From a virus (Duplodnaviria > Caudoviricetes): a stretch of 46,973 nt of DNA. The notes beneath the pieces are model-generated. The model had not been told where the DNA came from. It was given only the letters and a program-made list of their open reading frames with translations, and ran no database searches. The stretch covers positions 1 to 46,973 of the IMG/VR virus record IMGVR_UViG_3300020045_000984; one strand, given 5' to 3'. Positions 1 through 7,561 of the stretch are shown here, in pieces. The translations under genes and the position numbers were made by a program. Position 1 is the stretch's first letter; every line of letters begins with the position of its first letter.

Positions 1-16
1 ACTAGATAGTTATAGC

Positions 17-678
17 AAGCAATTGCTTAACCTTTAATTCCGTTAGGGATACTGCTAAGCCTTAGGTGGCTTGGTTGGCAGGCTATGTAATTGGGTACTT
101 GTAAATCCCTTACCGCATATGATTAGGCGCTACCCTAATCGAAAGCTACCCGTTGGGAAACGTTAGCGGCAAATGCGACACTAAGGCAGGGACCGGAAAA
201 GCCGGTAATGCTAAGGCAGGGAACAAATTAAGCTAGGCGCGTTTCCCCGATGAATAGGGGATTACCTGCTAGCCTAGGCCTAACAAGCCTATGTTAGTGA
301 ACGGGAGCGAGCTAGCTAATGACAATCTTATAGTGATTAGTCCCTGCCAAGGGATTAGATAATGATACATAACAGATACGTGATAATGCGGGTTGCGATA
401 GGCCTTAGGGTTTCTATCTTGTCCGGTTTTTGCTGCTATCTGTTAGCTTTATCTAATAGTTAGGCAGGGCGTTAGTGCGATGCGATTAGGGTGTGGCTGA
501 TTGACCACGCCGAATGCCCGCTAATGCCGCAAGGCTAGTGTGTCGAAGGGGATTGTCATATAAATCTAACCGATATGGGCGGGCATTATGTGTCCGCCCT
601 ATTCGCGTTAACAGTTAGTGCATTGCCTTTGTGCCTTAATTGATACCGCGATTGGTATTGATTAACGGGTGACTAACT
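17..678 (+). ncRNA. Candidate large structured RNA or 5' leader
   Basis: No ORF of 60 aa or more. Nested stems include 52-58/75-81, 121-127/134-140, 185-193/340-348, 233-238/272-277, 280-285/292-297, 354-362/449-457, 370-378/437-445, 468-477/519-528, 490-496/505-511, 577-585/591-599, 613-619/672-678 and 636-647/654-665. Imperfect positions are mostly G-U on the + strand. Confidence 0.55.
181..222 (+). repeat. 12-bp direct repeat CTAAGGCAGGGA (181-192, 211-222)
   Basis: Exact match read from the sequence; the copies flank a small ACCGG/CCGGT hairpin. Confidence 0.85.
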
Positions 679-1281
679 ATGTCTACATTCTCAAACCTTG
701 CATCTACTGCGCGCAGCGCCTTGCTTGTCGTCAATGACGGCGTTCAATCCTTTAGTGTCGATAAAGTTACGGATGTTACGTTGTCCATTGGCAATCGTGG
801 CCGTGCCTTGGATGCTGATATTCATGCTGCCGCTTATGCCTGCCTGCACTTTGCGATGCCCAAAGGCGTTAGCGCCTCAGGAGCGGGCAATTGTGAGCCT
901 GCGCGTTTCCTTGTTGCGTCAATGTCGAGGGGCCTGCGCCAGAAGTCCCTAGTGGACTGGTTTGCGGCGCATAGCAATATCCGCCTGCGTCAAGACAAGA
1001 AGACTGGGGCATGGGCCTGCGGCCTTGCCAAGAAAGACGCGGCGACATTCGTGGAAGCCGATGAATTGATGGCACTTGCTGCTAAGGCGTGGGGAATGCC
1101 GTTCTTCACTCCCGAAGAAAAGACAAGTGGCGCTAAGGCGTTCGACCTAGGCGCGGCGATGGCTGCGTTGCTGGCCCGTGCTGCCAAGGAGCTTGGCGAG
1201 AATGATCCAAAGGTGACGTTCCTTGCCGATTGGGCCAAGGACAATGCGCCTGCGCCGGTAAAGGCGAAGAAAGCCGCTTAA
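679..1281 (+). CDS. Early hypothetical protein
   Basis: 200-aa ORF, first gene after the leader, possible SD GGGTGA, Ala/Lys-rich C-terminus. Confidence 0.8.
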   Translation: MSTFSNLASTARSALLVVNDGVQSFSVDKVTDVTLSIGNRGRALDADIHAAAYACLHFAMPKGVSASGAGNCEPARFLVASMSRGLRQKSLVDWFAAHSNIRLRQDKKTGAWACGLAKKDAATFVEADELMALAAKAWGMPFFTPEEKTSGAKAFDLGAAMAALLARAAKELGENDPKVTFLADWAKDNAPAPVKAKKAA

Positions 1282-1295
1282 TCCATCCAATTGTG

Positions 1296-1327
1296 GCGCG
1301 CTTGTACTCTACGGGGTGCAGGCGCGC
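1296..1327 (+). promoter_or_regulatory. Intergenic 14-bp RNA hairpin with cUACGg tetraloop (processing or termination signal)
   Basis: GCGCGCTTGTACTC-TACG-GGGTGCAGGCGCGC, 3 G-U pairs, followed by TTT. Confidence 0.65.
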
Positions 1328-1349
1328 TTTCCATACGTGAGTGACAATA

Positions 1350-1523
1350 ATGCCAGCGTTCGTAATTATCGCAGACGGCGAGTGCGACCAGATAGTAGAG
1401 ACTACCCGTGACAAGCAGCGTGAAATGCGTGACTTGCGCAAAATGGGGTGTGACGTATCTGTCAAACAATTTGCTAACATGGCTGCCGCCGAGGCGTATG
1501 TTGATAGCAAGAAGGGATATTGA
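1350..1523 (+). CDS. Small early hypothetical protein
   Basis: ORF MPAFVII..., packed against the next gene. Confidence 0.65.
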   Translation: MPAFVIIADGECDQIVETTRDKQREMRDLRKMGCDVSVKQFANMAAAEAYVDSKKGY

Positions 1524-1524
1524 C

Positions 1525-1737
1525 GTGACTGAGCCTAAGGCATTCGCCCGTGTGTCGGGCTTCGTAGACGATTGGCAAGTCGGGAGCTACACTCTTGGAA
1601 AGGAGTACCCGCTTGTGCCGTCGATTTACGGCGCTGATGGCGATGACACCTTTTGCATCGAAGATGACGAGGGTGATGTTATCCTGTGCTGGTGGGCCTT
1701 CGACCCTGATTGTCACTTCGAGCGGGTCGTCCTGTGA
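1525..1737 (+). CDS. Small acidic early hypothetical protein
   Basis: GTG start just after the upstream stop, AAGGGA SD-like sequence upstream. Confidence 0.6.
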   Translation: MTEPKAFARVSGFVDDWQVGSYTLGKEYPLVPSIYGADGDDTFCIEDDEGDVILCWWAFDPDCHFERVVL

Positions 1738-1738
1738 T

Positions 1739-1918
1739 ATGGCTGCGCCTGTCCTGCGCCCTAACCGTGGCATCCGCCTTGTTGCTATCCTCGCCCTTGC
1801 ACTAGCAGGGTGGCTGGCAATTCCGCCAAGTGGGCCTGAGTTGCCCTCTTTGTACTCCCCGGCCTGCTTTGACGGGCCTGACACGAAAGCCCGCGTATGT
1901 GGGAATTACGGGCCGTAA
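1739..1918 (+). CDS. Small predicted membrane protein
   Basis: Hydrophobic stretch LVAILALALAGWLAI; start abuts the previous stop. Confidence 0.55.
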   Translation: MAAPVLRPNRGIRLVAILALALAGWLAIPPSGPELPSLYSPACFDGPDTKARVCGNYGP

Positions 1919-1947
1919 GGCAGCAGCTTAATGAGCGTGGCGTAGTT

Positions 1948-2079
1948 ATGCGGCGTACTGATCCCTATCCAGATGGAAGAGACAAGTACGAGGCGTTTAA
2001 GCGCAGCGACCCAGACAACCGTGTTCATTGCGATAGTGCCGAAGGGTGCTACGTTAAAGTCATCAAACAACTTCTGTAG
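1948..2079 (+). CDS. Small hypothetical protein
   Basis: ORF fills the gap between genes; start uncertain. Confidence 0.35.
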   Translation: MRRTDPYPDGRDKYEAFKRSDPDNRVHCDSAEGCYVKVIKQLL

Positions 2080-2090
2080 GAACGAAGATC

Positions 2091-2849
2091 ATGGCAGTAG
2101 ATACGAACGAGCTGTATGCAGTAATGCGGGCTTTCATCCGTGAGCGGGACAGCGCGGGCCTTAAGACTAACACCCAACAACTCCGGCTTATGCTAGAGTA
2201 TGGGGAGGCCAGCACTAGGACGTTCCTGTCGTCTCAGGCTATGCTCACAAATCCCGGCTGGCTTAGCCGGGAGGGCCAAGGCGGGCAGGATAGCTGCTGG
2301 ATTAATCTGCGCGGAATGTGCTTCTGGATCGACTACGGGTGGCACAGCCATTTTGCTGGCCTTATGACTGGCCGTGATGATCCCAGCATTCTTGAGGATG
2401 CGGGCTGGGTTCATGTGTCGGATAAGCACATGGATATTGTTATGGAGCCTACAGACGGCCAGCGGCGTACTATCGAACGCCTTGAGGACGAGGGCTTCCG
2501 AAGAGGGGACTTGCGCCGGATTGGTAGCACTCGACGGCCCTCTGAGCAGATGCACCGGGGCCTTGAGGCTATCGAGCGGCCTGACTACGATTGGCAAGAC
2601 CCGCGCTACTGGGAAAACAGGGGCATCCCTCGTGAGGCTCACGGTATTCGCGGTGAGTACAAGCCAGTGCCAGACGAGGCCCTTATACAATGGCTTGGCG
2701 CTATGGAGAACGCTGCCTATGACACATATGGCGCAGCCAAGTTTAATCACGAGTATGTGCCAATCGCCTTGTCTATGGGCAGATACGTAGGGTCGCGGGC
2801 TAAAGAGCTACGCGAGGAAGCACTTAAACTACAAGGAGTAAGTCAATGA
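2091..2849 (+). CDS. Early hypothetical protein
   Basis: 252-aa ORF with AGGA SD and ATGA overlap with the next gene. Confidence 0.75.
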   Translation: MAVDTNELYAVMRAFIRERDSAGLKTNTQQLRLMLEYGEASTRTFLSSQAMLTNPGWLSREGQGGQDSCWINLRGMCFWIDYGWHSHFAGLMTGRDDPSILEDAGWVHVSDKHMDIVMEPTDGQRRTIERLEDEGFRRGDLRRIGSTRRPSEQMHRGLEAIERPDYDWQDPRYWENRGIPREAHGIRGEYKPVPDEALIQWLGAMENAAYDTYGAAKFNHEYVPIALSMGRYVGSRAKELREEALKLQGVSQ

Positions 2850-3043
2850 TCGGACAAGTTGTGACAGGCCGAGGCAACGCCCGGTCAGTGATCGAACGGC
2901 CACGCAATATGGCCTTCTCACAGGCCCTCTCAGGGGCAATCAAGAAATACCTTGGTATCGGGTCAGCCCCGGCGTCGAACGCGCCCAGCGAGGCCCGCAA
3001 GCCCAAACAGCGCCGTGCAAAGCGGGTGGCCGTCACGCACTAA
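2846..3043 (+). CDS. Small basic hypothetical protein
   Basis: AAGGAG SD, ATGA overlap. Confidence 0.6.
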   Translation: MIGQVVTGRGNARSVIERPRNMAFSQALSGAIKKYLGIGSAPASNAPSEARKPKQRRAKRVAVTH

Positions 3044-3092
3044 GCGACCTGCAATCGCGCCTGTGACGCGCGCCTATAATGGAGAAGAGCAG

Positions 3093-3698
3093 ATGAAGAC
3101 CGTATATGGAAATGAGCCTCTTGACCTTGGCCTTAACTGCGCCGTTCGTACACTCGCTAACAGGACCTGCCCTAACGGGTGGGATCAGGTGCCAACCTTT
3201 GCCGAAGCCCCCACTACGCTTGCGGGGATCATCGCCTACGGCAAGGAGCATGGAAAGCTGTGCATTGCCGAGGAAGACAGCAGCGGCACGATCTACGCAG
3301 ACGAAGAAACCAATTGGCATCTTCGGGCGTGGCACGACAGCATTCACTTCCGCCACCTTATCGCGTTTAACGCGGCAGGGGAGGCGGCTGCAACCTACTG
3401 TCAGGTAGCTCAGCTTTACCGGCAGTACCGTACCCATTCTCGTGAGAAGCTAGTGCGTTGGGGGTCATTGATCCTTGCTGATATTCTCGGCTTGGTTCAC
3501 TATCACCAACGCACAGGCCTCTGGCCCAAGCACAAGCGGGCAGGGACAATCATGAACGCTCCCGGCTGGCTTACACAGGCAGAATTGATATATGACACTT
3601 GCCAAGGCCCAGACCATGAGAAGCTGGCAATCAACCTAGCACGGGATAAGTGGGGCTACCCCTACGACATGGCCCTTGCAATGCAGGAGGCGCAGTGA
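3093..3698 (+). CDS. Hypothetical protein with RAWHDxxH...GE motif (possible zinc-binding/metallopeptidase-like)
   Basis: GGAG SD before ATG 3093; motif NWHLRAWHDSIH...FNAAGEAAA. Confidence 0.7.
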   Translation: MKTVYGNEPLDLGLNCAVRTLANRTCPNGWDQVPTFAEAPTTLAGIIAYGKEHGKLCIAEEDSSGTIYADEETNWHLRAWHDSIHFRHLIAFNAAGEAAATYCQVAQLYRQYRTHSREKLVRWGSLILADILGLVHYHQRTGLWPKHKRAGTIMNAPGWLTQAELIYDTCQGPDHEKLAINLARDKWGYPYDMALAMQEAQ

Positions 3699-3901
3699 TG
3701 AAGCCGCAACATGACACTTTGGTGCCCGCTAGCACTCCGCTAGTTGTATTCGGGCATGAGTTCGACGTGCTTGCCATTAGCTGCAAGCAGGCAAGAGAGG
3801 ATGTGCGCAAGCTGGAGAATGATCTGGTGCGCGCTAGGGACTTGGCGAAGAAGGCGGAAGATGCCTGTAATACCTTCGTCAGTAAGGCTATGTATGGATG
3901 A
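3698..3901 (+). CDS. Small hypothetical coiled-coil protein
   Basis: AGGAGG SD, TGATG overlap. Confidence 0.65.
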   Translation: MKPQHDTLVPASTPLVVFGHEFDVLAISCKQAREDVRKLENDLVRARDLAKKAEDACNTFVSKAMYG

Positions 3902-4217
3902 CACCGTGAAGGCTAGCCGCAGAGAGCAGTACGCTGCTATGGTGCGCCAAGCAGAGGCAGAAAGGCTGGAAACCTACGAGGCCAAATGCCAAGCAGAGTT
4001 CGACCGCATCGCCAATAGTGTAGGAGTTACAAACAAAATCCGTGTCTCTGTGATGAACAGAGACGGGGGAGCATTCCGTAAAGACTTCAATGACTGGTCA
4101 GAAGCGGCCAGTATGTACCGCGCAAACGTGTTGTATGGTTCGCCAATACTTTGCGTAGCATTCCAGTGGACCGATGACAATGGGTGGCAGGAAATGTGCC
4201 GCTACCCTACCCATTAA
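3894..4217 (+). CDS. Hypothetical protein
   Basis: TAAGG SD, overlaps the upstream stop. Confidence 0.65.
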   Translation: MDDTVKASRREQYAAMVRQAEAERLETYEAKCQAEFDRIANSVGVTNKIRVSVMNRDGGAFRKDFNDWSEAASMYRANVLYGSPILCVAFQWTDDNGWQEMCRYPTH

Positions 4218-4235
4218 TAGAAGGACGAGAAACCT

Positions 4236-4637
4236 ATGAGCAAGACCCTGAACGAAAAGCTGGCTGCCGCTGTTGCCTTGGTTGCCAAGTACCAAGCTGC
4301 TATCAATGCAGAAGCAATCCTGAACAACATCGAATTGCAGGACCGGGTTACGATTAAGTTCGGACGCGCCGAGAAGGTCCGCAATATCGAAGGCACCGTG
4401 GTTGGCCTTAACAACACGGATAACGGCCTCGTTGTCGCTGTCCTGTCCGATGACTTTACGCCTTACAAGGTGAATGCCCGCGACATTGTGGCTAATGCGT
4501 CGGCTGCGCAGCGTGATGTGCCCGTGGCGGAAGTTGATCCGGTATCGGCGGAAGTTGACGCGCTTGATTACGCTGACCCGGCAAGCTCCGGCTTTATCGA
4601 CTTCGTTGCTATCGAAGACCCACTCGCTAACGCATAA
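4236..4637 (+). CDS. Hypothetical protein (beta-rich core, acidic tail)
   Basis: AAGGA SD, 133 aa. Confidence 0.75.
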   Translation: MSKTLNEKLAAAVALVAKYQAAINAEAILNNIELQDRVTIKFGRAEKVRNIEGTVVGLNNTDNGLVVAVLSDDFTPYKVNARDIVANASAAQRDVPVAEVDPVSAEVDALDYADPASSGFIDFVAIEDPLANA

Positions 4638-4642
4638 TTAAC

Positions 4643-4679
4643 TAGGGTTGGGCGGGCAACTAGGCCCGCCTGTACTCTA
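4643..4679 (+). promoter_or_regulatory. Intergenic hairpin with internal loop (RNase III-site-like)
   Basis: TAGGGT/ACTCTA outer stem plus GGGCGGGC/GCCCGCCT inner stem. Confidence 0.5.
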
Positions 4680-4710
4680 CGGCCTGAATAACCGCTTCTA
4701 ACACGAGGAA

Positions 4711-5016
4711 ATGATTATGAGCGTACAATCCAAAATCGCAGCTAAGCTGGCTGCTGTTACCCGATACCTTACGGGCTTCGCTACTAGGACGCACATCAAG
4801 TCGCTTGAGCGTGTCAAGGTGGCCGCTAACGCAGAAGCCAAGGCAGCGTTTGCTGCCCGCGACAAGCAATGGGCAGTTGAGAACGCCGTTAAGGTGTACT
4901 GGGATGACGCCCGCAAGGAACGCATCCGCCTGACCGCTGCTGCTGTTCAGCAGACCCGCGAAGCTGGCTACACCGTCTCAGCCGCCGATGGCGAGATTGG
5001 CCGCTACAATGTCTGA
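4711..5016 (+). CDS. Hypothetical helical protein
   Basis: GAGG SD; start may be 4717. Confidence 0.7.
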   Translation: MIMSVQSKIAAKLAAVTRYLTGFATRTHIKSLERVKVAANAEAKAAFAARDKQWAVENAVKVYWDDARKERIRLTAAAVQQTREAGYTVSAADGEIGRYNV

Positions 5017-5590
5017 GCTGCTGTTCCCTGACCGGAATGGCCCTGCCTTGTGGCAGGCTATTCTGGAAATCGTCGGGCTACATTGGCGGCCAGTAGTAGC
5101 AGGCGGGTGTGTGCGTGACTACGTGTTAGTCAGGAACTGCAAGGATATTGACGTTTTCGTACCGGCCTCGTGCCGGGAAGACTTCGACAGTATCATCGAG
5201 CAACTTGACCCTAAGACCTGTCATGGGAAAATTATCAGTCACGGCCCAGAAGGGGACTGTGCTAACGAGTACCGCTTGGGGGAAGAGACTGAATGCTTTG
5301 GTGTGTGGGAAGGAGAGATTATCGGCCTTCCCGTAAACATCGTTGGTCGTAAGTCGCTAGAAGAGGGCACGGATGAACTGGTGGCCACTTTAGACTTCGG
5401 CATCAACCAGTGCGCTTGGGGCCCGTGGCGATGGACTACTACTAGCTACTTCTGGCAGGACAAACACGCCAACACCTTCACCCTTGCGCATAACCGCACG
5501 TATGAGCAGAGCCTAGCACGCTTTGATCGCATTAACGCAAGGCACGGCGGCTTGTACCGCCTAGTCGATCCTTTCATTACGGAGCTTTGA
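5009..5590 (+). CDS. Nucleotidyltransferase (CCA-adding/poly(A) polymerase head-domain-like)
   Basis: Motif VAGGCVRD...KDIDVF and downstream DFGINQ, typical of class II pol-beta-fold NTases. Confidence 0.85.
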   Translation: MSELLFPDRNGPALWQAILEIVGLHWRPVVAGGCVRDYVLVRNCKDIDVFVPASCREDFDSIIEQLDPKTCHGKIISHGPEGDCANEYRLGEETECFGVWEGEIIGLPVNIVGRKSLEEGTDELVATLDFGINQCAWGPWRWTTTSYFWQDKHANTFTLAHNRTYEQSLARFDRINARHGGLYRLVDPFITEL

Positions 5591-5591
5591 T

Positions 5592-5885
5592 ATGAGCATT
5601 CCAGCAGCGAGGGAGAAGCTCCTTAAGCTGGCTGACCGCTTAGCGGAAGGCACGTTTGGTAAGCCGGGAACAGCACGGGAAATCCGGCAGATCGTGGAAG
5701 ACCACATGTACCGGGAAAGCCCGATACGCAGGGCTAAGCCGCGCCTCTGCAAGCTAACCCCCGAACTTGCTGAGCAGATACGTAAGGCAGCAGCGGAGCG
5801 CCCAGAGGCGTCTATGCTAGAGCTTGCCAACTACTTTGGCAGCAACCCCGGTCGCGTAAGCGAGGCCCTTAACTACAAGGTGTGA
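5592..5885 (+). CDS. Small HTH DNA-binding protein
   Basis: C-terminal SMLELANYFGSNPGRVSEAL helix-turn-helix pattern; GGAG SD. Confidence 0.65.
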   Translation: MSIPAAREKLLKLADRLAEGTFGKPGTAREIRQIVEDHMYRESPIRRAKPRLCKLTPELAEQIRKAAAERPEASMLELANYFGSNPGRVSEALNYKV

Positions 5886-5888
5886 ACT

Positions 5889-6296
5889 ATGCGTAACATG
5901 ACCAAATACTGTAGCCCAGTGGAGTTCAAGCGAGCGTTGGTGGCCGCAAGGCTGGTGTTCCCAACTAAAATACGAGCTAGTCTGCATGTCTACCACACTA
6001 GGGAGTACGCAGACATGCGGACTTTCTTGGGTGTTTGTGGCTGGTCCGGTTACGCTATCTCGCAGGACGGCGAGCTTATCAACCTGTTTAGCCTGAATAG
6101 GGGCAGAGGTGGGCCTCTTATCAAGGATGCCATCGCTAACGGGGCTAAGCACCTTAACTGCTATGCTGGCCCCTTGGTGGCCATCTACGAGCAGGCAGGC
6201 TTTAGGGTAGTTCGCAGGGAACCCTACGACCCGGACAAGGCCGAGGTTCCACTACCTTACTGCCCCGACGTTGTATTCATGGAGTACGTAGGATGA
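5889..6296 (+). CDS. GNAT-like acetyltransferase
   Basis: NRGRGGPLI (acetyl-CoA loop-like) and IYEQAGF motifs. Confidence 0.6.
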   Translation: MRNMTKYCSPVEFKRALVAARLVFPTKIRASLHVYHTREYADMRTFLGVCGWSGYAISQDGELINLFSLNRGRGGPLIKDAIANGAKHLNCYAGPLVAIYEQAGFRVVRREPYDPDKAEVPLPYCPDVVFMEYVG

Positions 6297-6466
6297 CGGA
6301 AGAAATTAGGGATCACATATCAGAGGCCCTGTTGGCCTTAGGTGTGGTATCTAAGCTATGTCCAGAGGACTGTCGCTCCTTATCTTGGGCAGCGGACAAG
6401 GCTGTAGAGGCCTTAGACCAAGCTCTTGAGTGGGTGAACGACGAGTTAGAGAGGGAGCTGCTATGA
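6293..6466 (+). CDS. 57-aa hypothetical protein (below the ORF-track cutoff)
   Basis: MTEEIRDHISEALLALG...ELERELL*; ATGA overlaps at both ends; GGAG SD. Confidence 0.6.
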   Translation: MTEEIRDHISEALLALGVVSKLCPEDCRSLSWAADKAVEALDQALEWVNDELERELL

Positions 6467-6645
6467 AATGCAAAGAAACGACACCGGAGCGCACGTTCTC
6501 CGTAGAAATGACGGAGACGGAGCGTAGCATTTTACGGGCGGCGCTGCACTATACTATATCGAGTATGCCGGATCGCGGTGTGCGTTGGTCCGGGCACACT
6601 GTCACAGAGTTTGCGCTAGTACATAGGGAGCTTAGCCCGACATGA
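6463..6645 (+). CDS. Small hypothetical protein
   Basis: GGGAG SD, ATGA overlaps. Confidence 0.6.
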   Translation: MKCKETTPERTFSVEMTETERSILRAALHYTISSMPDRGVRWSGHTVTEFALVHRELSPT

Positions 6646-7475
6646 TAAATCCCGCCGAGTGGTTAGAGCAGGCTAAGGCCCTCCCGCTTGGCGGGAAATC
6701 CCAGATCGCACACGGTTGCGGGACTGGCCGTAAGCTACTGATCGAGAACAAAGAAACAGGATGGGCCTGCTGGTGCTACCGCTGTAGCCTAGCGGGCTTT
6801 GTCCCTAAGCCCAAGCCAAGTCTGTCCGAGCGCATTAGCGCCCTTCGCAAGAAAGAGGCGGCAGCAGAAGTGTTCACTCGCACTCTGCGACCTCCCATGC
6901 CCGCGACATGGCTGGTTGACGATTGGCCTGAGCAGGCGCGTGTTTGGCTTTACAAGGCTGGCATGGACAAGGATTGGATACAAGAGATAGGCTTCTACTG
7001 GTGCTCCCCAATGGCGCGGGTTGTAATGCCTATCTTTAATGACGAGGGCAAGATGATCTTCTGGCAGGCACGGGGCTTTGACCCTGAGCTACCCAAGTAT
7101 CTATCCCCGCCGATCCCCACGGGCGGCAAGCCCTTGTACCGCGCGCATCCTGTACGTCCTGACCCTGAGCGGGACGAGCGGACCCTGTGCCTCACAGAAG
7201 ACATTCTGAGCGCCAACAAGGTGGGTCAGTGCGTAACAGGCGGGTCTATACTCGGAACATCCCTCACCGCGCTCCACGAGGCTGAGATTGTCAAGTTCAA
7301 CCCATCTAGGGTACTGGTCTGGCTGGACCCTGACGCCGCTGGCGTGTCCGGTCGGCGCAAGATCGTTCCACAACTCCGGGCTTTAGGCATCGACGCCAAG
7401 GCCGTCCGGGCCGATCTGGACCCGAAATGCTACCCCCTTGGTATAATCCGGCAACGGCTGCTTTGCATTCCGTGA
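6642..7475 (+). CDS. DNA primase
   Basis: N-terminal Zn-binding residues (HGC...CYRC); TOPRIM motifs LTED and WLDPD. Confidence 0.9.
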   Translation: MINPAEWLEQAKALPLGGKSQIAHGCGTGRKLLIENKETGWACWCYRCSLAGFVPKPKPSLSERISALRKKEAAAEVFTRTLRPPMPATWLVDDWPEQARVWLYKAGMDKDWIQEIGFYWCSPMARVVMPIFNDEGKMIFWQARGFDPELPKYLSPPIPTGGKPLYRAHPVRPDPERDERTLCLTEDILSANKVGQCVTGGSILGTSLTALHEAEIVKFNPSRVLVWLDPDAAGVSGRRKIVPQLRALGIDAKAVRADLDPKCYPLGIIRQRLLCIP

Positions 7476-7485
7476 CCCTCTTGAC
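7468..7485 (+). promoter_or_regulatory. Putative phage RNAP promoter, copy 1 (TTCCGTGACCCTCTTGAC)
   Basis: 18-nt motif TTYCGTRRCCCTCTTGAC found at three gene boundaries. Confidence 0.7.
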
Positions 7486-7561
7486 TGATGGAAACGCAAG
7501 ATAATTTCCTGCTGTATCTGTCATGTGGAATATACCCGGTAAACCCTTAGGAGAATAGCTA

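Noticed and set aside
1-678. Group I/II intron, RNase P, tmRNA or hammerhead identity for the leader
   Set aside because: No group II domain V, no convincing group I P/Q/R/S set, no RNase P GAGGAAAGUCC, and CCGATGA at 247-253 lacks the hammerhead core context
3075-3080. TATAAT as a sigma70 -10 box
   Set aside because: No plausible -35 at proper spacing, and it directly abuts the RBS
3117-3125. CCTCTTGAC as a fourth promoter copy
   Set aside because: It lies inside a CDS and lacks the upstream TTYCGTRR half
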